Source of the DNA: Chiloscyllium plagiosum
Lineage: Eukaryota
Direction of reading: 5' to 3'
NCBI RefSeq assembly: GCF_004010195.1
Contig: NC_057749.1
Location: forward strand, 13,452,543 to 13,516,542
DNA: 64,000 nucleotides
The notes under the pieces were generated by a model, which saw only the letters and a program-made list of their open reading frames with translations, was not told the origin of the DNA and ran no database searches. This document shows, in pieces, positions 1 to 13,456 of this stretch (position 1 is the stretch's first letter; every line of letters starts with the position of its first letter). A program made the translations under genes and the position numbers.

Positions 1-169
1 TACCACAATCCAAAGCTGTGCAGGCCAGCTGAATTTCCTGTAGTGTTAGGTGCCTTAGTCAGGGGTAAGTATGGGGAAAGGGTCTGGGTGGATAAATCTG
101 TGGAGGGTCAGTGTGGAGTTATTGGGCTGAAGGGCCTATTTCGATATTGCAGGGAATCTAATCTAATGT

Positions 170-910
170 AGTGGGACATGGGCTCGAACCCCACCATGGC
201 AGATGGTGGTATTTGAATTCAATAAATATCTGGAATTAAGAATCTAATGACTACTGTAAATCCATTGCCAATTGTTGGACAAACCCATCTCATTCACTAA
301 CATCCTTTAGGGAAGGAAACTGCCATCCTAACTTGGGCTGGCGTACGTGTGACTCCAGACCCATAGCAATGTGGTTGACCAATTAGGGATGGGCAATAAA
401 TGCTGCCTAGCCAACGATGCCCTCATCCTGTTACATAATAAAGAAAAAAAAACACGCACACTGTGACAGCATGCCTTGGATTGGCAACATAACATCATCG
501 CACCAGTCTCCCAAATTACAAAAGGCAAGTGGGCACTGGAATCAGGATGCCATCTGCCACACGGCCAACAGCCTAGTGGTATTTTCACAGGGTTTTTAAT
601 CTAGAGACCCAGGTAATGTTCTGAGGACAGTGATTCAAATCCTGCCATGGTGGAATTTGAATCTAAGTTTAAAAATCTGTTATTAAGAATCTAATGAGGA
701 CCATTTTCAATTGTTGGGGAAAACCCATCAGGTTCACCAGTGTCCTTTAGGGAAGGAAACCACCATCCTTTCCTGGTCTGGCCTACATGTGACTCCAGAC
801 CCACAGCAATGTGGATGACTCTTAACTGCCCTCTGGGAATCCCCACATAAGGATGGGTTGCAAGTGCTACCTTAGTCTGTGATACTCACATCCTGTGAAT
901 GAATTTAAAA
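170..910 (+). mobile_element. Two adjacent copies (~170-445, ~570-910) of an old SINE-like family
   Basis: Shared ccatggcagatgg...tttagggaaggaaactgccatcct...gtgactccagacccacagcaatgtgg. Further copies at ~26250-26580, 35345-35690, 36980-37270 and 51420-51770. I cannot name the family. Confidence 0.8.
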
Positions 911-2129
911 ATTGAAATTGCCAACTAGCAGTTATCAAGGTTGGTGATAATATGTTGCCCACTGCATTTTTCAAGCAGCTGACATGAAGAGGTTTGAAAG
1001 CATAATAATAGGGCAAAAGAATCAGCCTTCTCCCTCAGGACAATGACTGGATTCTGTTCGTTGTTCTGTTATGGGATGTGGATATCATTGGCTGACAGTT
1101 TTCCACACCAAATATCCCTTGAACAGAATGGCTGGCTGGGGCTATTTCAGAGGATGGTTAAACATCGACTATGTTGCTGTGGGTCTGGAGGCATGTATAG
1201 CCAGACTGGGTAAGGATGGCAGATTTCCTTCCTTGAAGCACATCAATGAATAAGATGGGATTTTACTGAAATCGACACAAGTTTCATGGCCACTATCAGT
1301 GGGACAAACTTTCAATTCCAGGTTTCAATAGGTGAATAGAAATTCCACCAGCCACTGCGATGAGATTTGATCCCATGCACCCCAGAACATCAGCTTGATG
1401 TCTACCATACTAGTCCAATAGCATTATCATTATACTACTGTCTGTCTGACAATTGACCCTGTTGACTTGAGTGTATCAGTGCAGCTATGGAATTGACTTT
1501 CATAAGAAAAGAGCAAATTAGCAAACAGAAAAATCCTTTCCCTTGGCTGCTTGCAGCAGACATGAACCTGGCTACAGTCAGTGAGTACATCTGTCCACTG
1601 AAATGCTAAGTTTAGCTCAATTTCAAAAATAGTCTGCAACTATTCCGTTCTGCAAACTAAGAACTCATTCCAGAATTAAACAAATGAAGGAAGTGCAGTG
1701 ACAACAAAATATATTGGGCAGATGTGGCTTTTATCCAGTTTCAATTAAGTGGCAGATTTTCGATATTAAAATTAACAAGCTGTGTGTTTTTTGGACTGGG
1801 GAATCAATTCAACCCGTACAGTTCTTCATTTTTACACTCAGTAATAGTTGCTGTTCTAATTGTGTTCCTGCAAAGAAACATCAGCAATCTACAAGGAGCA
1901 CTTGATAATGGTTAGATGGGGACCTTACTTTTCGTGAATTAGAGATACTGACTGTTGCAGTTATGTGACCCCACAGCACTGACACCTCATCGATGAACAA
2001 GCTATCGAAATGTGTGCCTTTACAGTTGAGTGATGGCAGGCTGCTCAGCTGCAAAAGGCATCACCAGGAGGCCCAAAACCTGTCCTCCTCCATTACCCAC
2101 TCTCATATGTTTGCTGGGTGATGGTCACA

Positions 2130-3060
2130 ACAACAACTTACATTTAAGTAGCACCTCCCATGCAGTGAAATGTCCCCAGGACTGAATAAAAGCCAAGATA
2201 TGACACCAGTCCACCAGTGGACATATTAGTTCAATGGCTAAAATGTTTGTAAAAGAGGTGCGTTTTAAGGATTGTCTTAAAAACAGAAGTGAGGCAGTGA
2301 GCTAATGAGGTGTAGAGACAGAATTAGGGAGCTTACGGTCTCCGAAACTGAAGACATGACCATGAAGAGGTTAATACCTGTATTAGGAATTCGTAAGAGG
2401 CCAAATAAGAAGAATGCACATATCTTGCAAAGTTGTTGGGCAAAAGAATATTAGAGTGAAGGGAGAGGCAAGGCCATAGAAGGACTTAAAAACAAAGAGA
2501 AGAATTTTAAAATCAGGACTTTGTTTGACCAGGAGTCATTGTAGTTCAGCAAGGACATGGCAGTGAGGGAAAAAGGTCATGTTGCCTGTTATAACACAGG
2601 CAGCAGAATGTTGGATCACCCCAGGATTATAGAGGGTAGAACAGAGAAGACCACCCAGGAGTGTTTCAGAATAATCAAGGAGCAACAGAATCTTAAATGG
2701 TAGCTTCAGCATCAGATAAGCAGCTACAGGGGTGAACAGTTTTACATAGGTGCAAATAGGAGACCTCAGTGATGGCACAAATATGAGATCAGAAACTTGT
2801 GGAAGACCTGAACGTGGCATCAAGATTGCAAACAGGCTAAAGGTATAAATAGAAAGCAGGAGCTTTGCTTCACTTGGAGGTCACCACTGATGATGTTACC
2901 TAGCCAGGTAATGAAATGTCTGGATATCAAACCTACAGCTCAGTGAGCAAACCTACACCCTTAGGCTAAACTAACCTTAGACTGTTGCTAGGGAGAGGGA
3001 TGATATAGTTAGCTAGGGACAGAGTAGGAGCAGGAACCAAAAACAATATCTTCAGTTTCT
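2130..3060 (-). mobile_element. Old L2 LINE 3' fragment
   Basis: ORF 2536-2823 has LDYSETLLGGL...IQHSAACVITG...VLAELQ, resembling the L2 ORF2 LDYCNSLL.GL / QNAAAR / PVLA.LHWL region. Interrupted by a Penelope-type piece at ~2865-2961. Confidence 0.75.
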
Positions 3061-3204
3061 TAATTGGATGGAACTGCAGAGCCACAACTATTGTTCATCT
3101 TTTCTGCCCTTCATTAGCCAGTGGAACTGGGACCTACTCTACACAGCAACTAGTATCCCACACAGCTAGCCAGAGAGCAAACCTCCTGGTCTATCTGCTG
3201 TCAG

Positions 3205-3615
3205 TCAGGACCCAGTGGATAGCACCACTCTCTGACCATGAAGGTTGCAGCCTTAGGTTCCACTGCAGATTCAAAATCAAGGCTGACACTAACAGAGCAC
3301 TGCTGAGGGAGGACTGTGGTGTTATAGAGTCATAGAGGTGTACAGCACGGAAACAGACCCTTCTTTTGGATAAGACATTAAATCGAGATCCAATCTGCTT
3401 CTCCAAGATCCATTGGTGCTCCTTGAGCAAGAGTGAGGGATTTCTGACCAGTGTGTACCCTTCCAACAACACCAATTTCACAAAAGAATTCCAAATTATC
3501 TGTTCATTCTTGTCTGTGGGTGCTTGCTGTGTGCAAATTGGCTGCTGTCTTCTCTACGTTAAAGTAATGACCACCACTTCAAGTGCAGTTTATCAGTTGT
3601 GAGGAATTTTGAGAT
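3205..3615 (+). mobile_element. Ancient DeuSINE-like repeat (SacSINE1/AmnSINE1-like)
   Basis: gtgggtgcttgctgtgtgcaaattggctgctg...acttcaag matches the recalled AmnSINE1/SacSINE1 3' portion. Related copies at ~6650-6830(-), 9700-10050(+), 12320-12520(+), 33220-33390(-), 35070-35300(+) and 61950-62330(-). Confidence 0.65.
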
Positions 3616-5589
3616 TCCCTCTTGCATAGGACCATCCAGGCTGGAGAGGAAGCACCCACAAATGTGACAATCATCTTGAGTTTGTCTGATGGTGTTGGCT
3701 AAGTACAAACAGGGAAGGGAATATGTGAGAAACCGAGCATTCCTCAAGATTGCCTTATCAAACAGCCCCATCTCCAACAGGGAATGTCACTCTATGCAGA
3801 CTGCATAAAGAAATGAAGATTGAAATGCAAGTCATTTTTTTATGGCAGCCTCTCCCCTCTCCCCCATCCAGTTTTACTGATTGTTGTAGATGTAGAGAGA
3901 GACTAACAAAGGTAAGTTCTTCCACTCTTTCTGAATCAGAAATATCCTCCTTTAATTCCTTTGATTGCATTAATGCAGATTATGCTGCATTCCAATTGCA
4001 AACTGTTTTCCCAAACTGTTCATCAGCAGAACTGATATTTATGAGCACATGTTTGCTAATCAGCGTTTGGAGCTGTTCATTAGGAGCAAGTGGAATTTCA
4101 TTAACATTTACTGTATGGTTTATGAGTCTAGCTTAAGGGGTAATCAATGTGGATGACAAACTTATTTTTTTTAAAAAGTCTAATTTAAAATTTAACAATC
4201 AACCTTTACAGAGAAACAGCCAGTGTGGAGGGGCCATGTGGGTGCAAACTATTTCAAAGACAGCCACCCTAATCAACTGCAAAGAATGCTCAGTTGTTAC
4301 TGTATATAGAAAAGTATGAGCTTTAGAAGCCAATAAGTCTCTCAAACCCATTCCAGCATTAAATTAAATCAAAGTTGATCCACATGTTAACTCCATCTAC
4401 CCACTTTCATTCCTAGCTCCTTAATATACTTCCTCTCTACCATTCTCATCAATTGAACACCTTCCCCATCTTGAAAAGTTATTTTTGGTGGTGGTGGGAT
4501 GGAAGATTTGTTCTTCCCTTTTTTTGTGAAGAATATTTTCTTACAGCATTCCTGAACAGTCTAGCTCAAATTCTACTTTTATGCCCTCTTGTCCTACACC
4601 CCTCCAACTAGAAGAAATAATTTATTTCTATTTACCCACCATGATGTATACTGACCTAAATCTTGTGTTCAAATATCTGGACTAGGATTTGAACCTATCA
4701 TTGCACCTTCGGGGTGTCTACACCTCGTGGACTGCAGGAGTTCAAGAAGGCAGCTCTTGAGAGCCATTCCAGGATGGCTGATACATACCCACATCCATGG
4801 AAGAATTTAAAAGAGGTGGGAATCAGGCCATTCAGCCCAACAAGTCCACGCCAACCCTCCAAAGAGCATCCCACTTAGACATTCCTCCCCCCCCCCCCAT
4901 CCCCCCCCCATTTCCCATGACCAAGCCACCTAACCTGCACACTATGAGCAATTTAGCATGTCTGATCCACCTAAACTGAAGATCTTTGTGACTGTGGGAG
5001 GAAACTGGAGCACCCTGGAGGAAACCTGTGCAGACACGGGGAGAATGTGCAAACTCCACACAGACACCTGAGAATGGAAACGAACCGTGGTCCCTGGTTT
5101 GGTGAGCCATCATGCCGTCGTTAGGAGTGAGTGAGTGTTAGCCAGTTAAGGAGAGGGGAAGAAAAGAACAAGTGAGAGGAAGCTGTGACCCGAGAATTAT
5201 CCTTTGCCTACTGCTGGGGCTGTGGGTCCACGCAGCTTTGCTGGGTGGACTGTGTAACTCCGCGGGCATAATACATTTGAAGACCCATTGAAAATCTCAT
5301 TGTTGTGAATGATTGCGCTCAGAATGGTGCTATCCGTGGTGCTGTAAGTGAAATGTATCGCCCAATCACTGGCGCTAACATTGACAAATACCATTTCCAG
5401 TCCCGGTAATTACAAGGCACGCAACACACCTAAAAATATCTTGCTGGAATCCTCTCAGTGCAGCCCAGCCTCTCCTACTCTGAAACGCAAATCCTGCAGT
5501 GTCTCTCCCTTCATTCTATAGATAGTCACTGCTGTTGAATATACGCATCCTGTACAGTACTCACTGTTACAATGAAGACGGTGCCAGTC

Positions 5590-5915
5590 ATAGAGTCATA
5601 CAACGTGGAAACAGACCCTTCGGTCTTCGGTCCAACCAGTTCACGTCGAACATAATCCTAAACTAAACTCGTCCCATCTGCCTGCTCCTTTTCCTCAAAA
5701 CCATTTATAGTCAAAAACTTATCTCAGTGTCTTTCAACTGTTGGAACTGTTCCCGCATCCACCGCTTACTCAGGAAGTTCATTCCGCAGGCGAAGTACCC
5801 TCTGTGTAAAACATTTGCCTCTTATGTCTGTTTTTAAACCTCTCTTCTCTCACCTTAAAAATATGCCCCCTAGTCTTGAAATCTCCCCACCGAGGGAAAA
5901 GATACCTGCAATTAA
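5590..5915 (-). mobile_element. CR1/HER1-type 3' fragment
   Basis: Same 3' UTR and KTRGHIFKVR end as 21530-22085. Another copy at ~39620-39895. Confidence 0.85.
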
Positions 5916-8072
5916 CTCTGAAATGATCAGGTGTTAAGCAGAGCTCCTTTGTTCCACAGCAGAAACAGAAATTGCTAAAGAAACTCAGCAGGTCTGGCAA
6001 TATCTGTGGACAGAAAACAGAATCAACGTTTCGTGTCCAATGGCCCTTTACTTCTTCTCCAGTAATTTCTGATTTTGTTTCAGATTTCCAGAATCCGCAG
6101 TTCTTTAATTTCTTTCTCCTTTGTTAGGGGACGGGAGTGGGAGGGAAAGGAGATCAAAAGCCAAGTGGAATCCAATTTTATTGCCCTATACACTTCTAGT
6201 AAAGTAGAGGATTTGAGATGAAATCTTCAATCAAAGTGTGTGGGGCAGGGGATGGTGGCTATTGACGTTTACATGGCGTACTTCAGAAGGGGTTGAATTC
6301 CATGTCGGGTCTTTGGACCTGCCGATAATGACGGGAACCACTGGTCGCTGTCCATGGTCCTGCATTCAGCAGGGAGCTGCTGCCTCGGGCTGTTTACTGG
6401 TATGTCTAATGTTTAAATGAAAAAAAAACAATTGTGAAAAAGACTCAAGACCGACCGCCCACCATCACCACCACCAACAACTCTGCTCCCAAAACTAGCA
6501 CAAGGTATATGAGAAATGAAGACCTTTCGAACCAAAGTCCAAAGGCCAACTCATACGTAAGATCGACTCTCACTTGTATTATACGGTAGCCTCTTTGCTG
6601 ATCGAAATTAGTGGGAAATCATCAAAACCATTGATTCTGGTTCATAACTGTTATGGAAAACTTGCATTTATGTAGCACCCTTCACAACCCCAGGATGTTC
6701 CAAAGCATCTTACAGCGAATAAAGAATTTTTGAAGCGTGGCTACTGTTATAACGAAGCAAATGCGACAGCTAAAGTGTGCATTGCAAGTTCCCACAAATC
6801 ATCCCTGAGACAATGAACAGATAGTCTGTGAAATAAAATAAACATTAATCGGTGTACTGACTTGAAGGGCAGATTATTTGAATTGTTTATATTTTAGATA
6901 TTTCCAAACAATGCATTTAAAAACGGTTTGCCTGGTTTGTCCCAAATCAGACAGAAACATTCCTATTACTATACTTTGCAATGTGTCATGGACAGGAAAC
7001 ATGGCTTTGGTGAAAATTAAACTAGAATGTTAAAAGGGGGAAGCCTGAGGTACCAACATTGAAACTGCTCCTGGTTATGTTATTGTCTGTGAGTCTATAC
7101 CCTGTGAAGCACACTGGCTGTGGAGGACCTCAAACTTTTCTCATGAGTTCCAAAATTACTTCTCCAGAAACATGGATAGAACCACAGGAAAGAGGAGTCA
7201 GGCAGTTACATCAATCTATTACTCACCCCCATCCTCCAGCACCAACCATCTGACCGTATCCAGTCTAGACTGTGTGGCCAAGCCACACTAGACACTGCAG
7301 TAGGTCCAATCGAATTAATTCAATTGCAAAGAGCATCCAGGACAAAGCAACTCACTTGATTGGCACCACATCCACAAACTTGCACTAATCCACCACCGAC
7401 TATAGGTCGCAGCAGCATGTACCATCTACAAGATGCACTGCAGAAATTCTCCAACATTCCTAAGACAGCATCTTCCAACCCTGATTGTATAGTTCCCAAA
7501 GGGCTTCATGGTAACTAACAGCCCAGGCCACCCTGATTTGATCAACCCTTTCTTATCCATTGTCAAAGTTTCACAATAAAATAACAGGAGGGACTTTGGA
7601 ACCTTCCAACTCATTAAAAGCAGCTTAAACCATCTATACTAAAACAGGATTAGGGTGTGATGTTTTGAAGTCATTAGAAAATCTCAGGGAAAAATAGGTG
7701 GCTCATGCATCTAGCTCTACTTAGCTTGAATTTAAATGCTAATTGTAGGTAAGGCAACTAGCAATTCATTATTAGCACAACAGCCAGGGGCGCACAAGTG
7801 CCCACAACTCAACCCAACGTCATTCACATTGAACTAAAAATGCTCAGCAAGTCTGGCAGCATCTGTGGAGAGAAATCAGAATTAACATTTCGCGCCTAGT
7901 GACCCTTCCTCAGAACTTTCTCTGATTTCGCTCCACAGATGTGGGCAGACCTCTTGAACTTTACCAGCAATTTCTGGTTTAGTTGCTGATTTCCAGCATC
8001 TGCAGTTCATTCGGTCTTTATTTTAAAAAATCACACAACACCAGGTTATAGTCCAACAGGTTTATTTGGAAG

Positions 8073-8107
8073 CACTAGCTTTCGGAGCGCCGCTCCTTCA
8101 TCAGGTG
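8073..8107 (-). ncRNA. Minimal type I hammerhead ribozyme motif in a Penelope-type pLTR (element ~8025-8120)
   Basis: Minus strand: cac-CTGATGA-a-ggagc-ggc-gctcc-GAAA-gcta-gtg. Intact core, perfect stem II, cac/gtg stem I, palindromic AGCT mini stem III. Confidence 0.7.
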
Positions 8108-11100
8108 GTTGTGGAGGTTAAGATCATCAATAGTTCATTTTGTCATTCATGTTGATCCTTTGAGTCCTTGTATTCTGGCCCCCTCTGGTGGCAGAGCTCA
8201 TGAATGGTATGCCTGCCACTCATTTTACAGGGACTCAAACCAGCAACTCAATTGCTTGGAATTTCTTCTCTGCAGACTGAATTCCTTCAGTCCACATTTG
8301 GTGCTAGCAGTAAGGAATGTGAACAAAAATAAAGGGTTACTGGCCCACAGAAGTCTTTATCCTGCACCTGTGTAGTTCAAATGTTGTAAATGATTCAACC
8401 TCTACTATTCCACTGAGAAGTGTTCCAATATTCATTCTGAATATTAAAGTTAAGTCTTCCAGACTGACTATAAAGCTTCAAAATGCATAACACTCTTGTA
8501 TTGTTGAAGCAGTTTTCTGCTTTCAATTATTAATAGATGGCTGAAAGCTCAATTAAACTTATTAACACTTTTATTTTTTGGCACCCTGAGGGACCCAGGG
8601 CAATAAAGCTCTAACAGTAGTTCTGGTCTATGTAATCTCTTTTGCCTGAGGTCCTCTTTAAATATACTTTACCAGGTCTCCTTTGGCCAGATCCATTGTC
8701 TATTCCCATCTGAGGGTGTCCATTCGAATGCCAATGTAGCAGAGTGTATATCCAGGAGATGAAGTTTGTGTCCTTTCAGTCTCAGTCAACGTTCCCTCAC
8801 AGTGTCTGTAGGCACCTCCAACCAATCCTGTGTAGCTCTTCTTCATTAGTGACATCCTCATTCCAAATGATTTACAAGATTTAAGCCCCAGATTGAAGAG
8901 GATTCATACAGGACTCAAAACATCAATTCTGCTTCTCTGCCCACCGTCACTGTCTGACCTGCTGAGTTTCTCCAGCACTTTCAATGTTTTGTTTATCTCT
9001 GATGTGGAGGTGCCAGTGTTGGACTGGGGTGAACAAAGTTAAAACGATTGTTCAATACATCACATCAGTTGTATGACACTTTGATCTTTTACTATAAAGT
9101 CTGTGTCCTTTGATCCCACCCCACTAGCTGTCTGACATAGGAGCAGCTTGTATGTCCAAATAAATCTGTTGGACTATAACCTGTGTGATTTTTAACTTTG
9201 TTCATCTCTGACTGCCTTTGAGAAAGTAAGGAGAAGCAGACATTTGAGCCATTGCAGTCTATAGGGTGTAGGTGCACCCACAGTGGTGTTAGGGTAGGAG
9301 TTTGAGGATTGTAGCGATGATGAAAGAACATCAATGTATTGCCAAGACAGGCTTGTGTGAAGCTTGGAAAGGCACGTGGAGGTACTGTCATTCTCTTTGC
9401 ACATGCAGCCCTTATTCTTCCAGTTGGTAGAAGCCTATGGTGTAGTTCACCCTCTGGTCAATTCTTTGATGTGATCATTTTTTATGGAGAAGTGTATGTT
9501 CAGAGTGGCAACAACCAAGATTGAAAAATGTAGGAGGCTAAAAAGATAAGTGAAGAAGTTGAATTTTGGTGATTCCGAGTTTGAGTTTCAGAAGTCTGAG
9601 GAATTGGAGACTGAGGGAGTGATGAGAGTGCCTCTTTTGGTAAAGGAAGAGATGAGACAATAAGCCATTGTGGATTGCAAGGCTCTAGGCTCTATTCCAG
9701 GGTTTCAGCACATTCAATGCAGTAGTGAACGAGCTAGGAACTGGCTCTCCAATGAGATGTCAAACCAAAGGCCTCTCTTTGGGTAGATATGACATTTTTT
9801 AGAATAGTGCAGTTTTGAAGAAGAAGAGATGACTGGTACCCAAGTCAATGTTTGTCCCTCAGTCAAAAAGAAACACTTATCTGGTCACTACCATATTGCT
9901 ATTTGTAGAAGTTTACTTTGTGCAAACTGACTGAGGTGTTTCCTACAATACAACAGTGACTATACTTCAGCAAAGGACTTCATTAGCTGTAAAGTATTTT
10001 GAGTACTCCAGTGCTTGTAAAGAATGCTTTATAAATGCAAGACTTTATTTTTGCAAAAGCAGATAGATTGTGGAAAATGCTCTCTGGTGTATTCATAGGC
10101 AAGTAAGACTGAAAGTGGAAAGTTCAAAGAACTGTTATGTACCAACAAAATAGAAAAAAAAAGTTAAGAGAGCCTGTTATTATAAAATATTCAGAGATGA
10201 GAGGCATAATCTATTAAATGCTAGATACTTTCTCTAACAGCCATTGAGCCCGAGTTTACAACACTTGAGAAATACCAGATCCTGTATAAAATTACTCCCT
10301 GATTCAAGTCTGCTTCTCCAATTCATTTTTTTAGTGAATCTTTGAGCAGTTGAACTCTTTCTCCCAAATCTTCAATCCATTAGGACCCATGTTCAGCACT
10401 AACTGGTTTCGATTTACACCTTAGCAGTTTCCTGTGCTATGTGTGGTCTTGGTGGAGGCTTGATGGATATTGTGGGTTCGTGATTTGGTCATGGATGAAC
10501 AATCCAAGAGGTGAAGAGTTTAGATCCTAGAGTGGCAAGTTAGAAAATCGGTCATTGATAGCTGCCATCAAATAAAGTGATTGTAAAAGGGCACTGGGTA
10601 AATGCTCAACTGCACTGAACCCCTTCAGGAGAAGGGATCTTTCATTAATACATGGTCTGGTGTACAGCTCCAGACTACATGAAATGAGGCCCTATTTTTG
10701 TCCTGTGCAGTCCAATATCAATGATAGGATGATCTAACCCAAGAACAGGTCACTCAGCTCCATGCTAGTACCAGAAGGAGCTTTCTATTAAAATCCCACT
10801 CCCCATCTCTGTCCCAAGAGCCAAGCAATTTTCTCCCCTTTACGTTTATATTCATTTTACGTTTGACAGCTAGTATTGCATTAAAAATGTACCATCCTAT
10901 TAGACAGAGAATTCCAAATCAATACAGACCTCAGGACAAAATTATATCTCCTAATGTCCCTCTCTGCTTCTTTTTTAAACATATTAAGTCTGTGTTCTCT
11001 GTTTATCAACAGCCCTCTGTTATTGGGAAACAGTTTCTTGTTATTTATTGGATCAAAATCCATCATTCATTTGGAAAATTTCTATTAAATCTTCCTGCCA

Positions 11101-11483
11101 AACTACTCATACTCAAAGGCAGGTGCCTGTCCTCTGCAGGATAAAGGAACATGCTAAGGTATTGTGTCTTATTAAATGAAACAAAACACGGGGGAGCAAT
11201 AGTTCCATGGTTTCCATGGTGTTTTCTCCATGGCAACAACTTGACCAATCAGAACTGCCTTGTCAACCAGTCAGCACTCTTTCCTCATGTAGTATAAATT
11301 GGTGTTCCCTCTGTAATTTGGCATTCTTGCATCTGTCCTGATGAGTGCAAGACAGAAAGCTTCAACATCATATCTGCAGCAATAATAAAAAGAAGCCCAC
11401 CTGTGTTGAGTGGTCTGATGATCTGTATCATTTCCTCAGTCTGTAATCTGGCTTTGATAAGCCTATGGCTGTCACTCTTTCAG

Positions 11484-11599
11484 CTTACGTCCTGCCAGTT
11501 AAGGTGGAGATGGAGATGGTCGTCCAACAGTACGAGAAGGCCAAACAGGTCAGAGAGGAACAACTTGAACGACTCACACAAATTTGTCAGGAACAAGCT
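11484..11599 (+). CDS. TMEM266: TMEM266 internal coding exon (post-S4 coiled-coil region)
   Basis: Acceptor ctctttcag|, donor |gtaagt, 116 bp, phase 1 in and phase 0 out. Encodes (A)YVLPVKVEMEMVVQQYEKAKQVREEQLERLTQICQEQA, matching human TMEM266 AYVLPVKLEMEMVIQQYEKAK...EQLERLTQICQEQG as I recall it. Upstream exons were not found, so they lie before the window. Confidence 0.93.
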
Positions 11600-13263
11600 G
11601 TAAGTATGATCACAACAGAGAGCCAGTGTTTAGAAAGCACCTTTTACAATCCAAGACATCCCAAAGTGTTTTACAGTCAATTATGTACCTTTAAGAGTGT
11701 GTAATCATTGTTGTATTCTAGGAATGAAGGGAAAGAAAATGTTTAAGAAATTTTTGATGGTGGTACCTTTGGATGTGTGAGTTATGATGGGCTGAATGGC
11801 CTTTATCACACACATCAATTTTGGTGACACCAAAGCAAAGATTAGAATTAAAATTTTATAAGCCTGAAGCTTTTGTGGGTACAACAAGCAAGTATTACAA
11901 CCACACTGGAAAGAAAGAACTGCCTTATTATTGAGGATAAATCTTTAAAAATCAGCATAAATATTATAAAGTACATTATAAAAATATAAATCCCTCTGAT
12001 AATTTTGATTGAGTTCATCAGCTTGGTGCAGTGGCTGTACTATTATTTCCGGACAGCAGAGGGCGGTGAATTCACACCAATCTTGTGAATACAGCAATTT
12101 TTTGAAATCTGAACAATGTCTCCACCCTCCATGGAGTTTATCTTTTGAGTTCTGCATGATTTGCATCAAAATACAGTGTGGAATTTGATGATGTGTTCAA
12201 TGTACACAGAAATTTATTACTTTATAACTCTAAACTCAGAGACAATTCTTTCCCTCAACCTTAACCCCTGGAACTTAACCAACTAAAATAGCACTTCTCC
12301 CGCTCAAAGTGCTATGCCAATACTTATTGTTCAATCAACATCACTAAAAAAGCTGAAGTGATCATGTTCTCATTGCTATATGTGGTAACTTGTGTTAAGT
12401 GATTGCTGTGTTTCCTATGTTAGAATAGCGCTGACAGTTCAGAAGTACAGAAGTGAATGCAAGGAAATCTGATATGCCCCAGGGTCAGGAAAGGTGCTAT
12501 ATAAATGCAATTATTTATTTTCTTTCCGATCTGCAATTACCCCAGATAAATGTCGCCCCACCCACTATCTGGGTGCTCTTTGTCACAATCACTCCACTGC
12601 AATATCACATGATAATCTTCCAGTCTCTGTTTCAGGATCACTCTTTCCTGCCCGCTGTGTTTGAGGGTTCAATTGTCTGTGTTCAATTTGTGAGTTTGCT
12701 CACGGGTCCAGGCTCACTGTGTTTGATTGCTGATCCTGGGCATTGACTCAGAGCAAACAGATAGTTAACAGTCACCACAGAAATCAGAACTGGGATAAAC
12801 ATTAACTGAGACTCTTTTTGTGATTGGAGAGAGATTTTAAAAACACTTGATTTTCACTTAGAAACTAGAGTCATCCTTGTGTTTTTCTGAGGAAAATCAA
12901 ATATTAAAATGTACTAAATTCCCAACCTTCCAAAGTCTCTGAAAAATATATCCAGTGGAAAGCTTCTGTATAAATGTGAGGTTTTTAGTAAAGATAAACT
13001 CACTATAGCTGTACCAGATGATAGGGCTGCTCTTTCATTAGAGACAAATAACTGATGGGTTTAACCTGACGGTCACCAAGACACAGGCAAGGGAAGAGGT
13101 TGAGAAGGAAAGTCCTTCATGGTAACTTCAGTTGGTGGGGGAACTGAACCCATGCTATTGGTATAATTGCAAGCTAGCCAATTGAGCTAACCAAGCCCCC
13201 ACTGCTCTGATGGTAATAAATATCTCATGATAACACACCTCTGCATTTGTATCCAACGTATAG

Positions 13264-13456
13264 TTTGAAATCAGACAGCTAAGGGCCCACCTAGCACAGC
13301 AGGACCTGGATCTCGCTGCTGAAAGGGAGGCTGCTATGGAAATGCACCACGTCTGGAACAAGCAGAGCAGCAAGTTTCAAGTAGTCGATGGCTCAACCAC
13401 TGGAGTGTCTGATGATGAGAGTCCTGACAGCATCATTGATCCACGCCAAACACAAA
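13264..13456 (+). CDS. TMEM266: TMEM266 internal coding exon
   Basis: Acceptor tag| at 13261-13263. Encodes FEIRQLRAHLAQQDLDLAAEREAAMEMHHVWNKQSSKFQVVDG...DPRQTQ; FEIRQLRAHLAQQDLDLAAEREAA matches the recalled human sequence. Donor |gtaagg at 13457 (phase 1). An in-frame GC donor after 13468 is also possible. Confidence 0.92.

Noticed and set aside
5197..5394. 65-aa minus-strand ORF in unique sequence
   Set aside because: No recognisable family and no convincing splice context.
1..11483. Upstream TMEM266 voltage-sensor exons
   Set aside because: I found no S4-like coding segment (LRIWRVKRVID-like) by eye. They probably lie upstream of the window.
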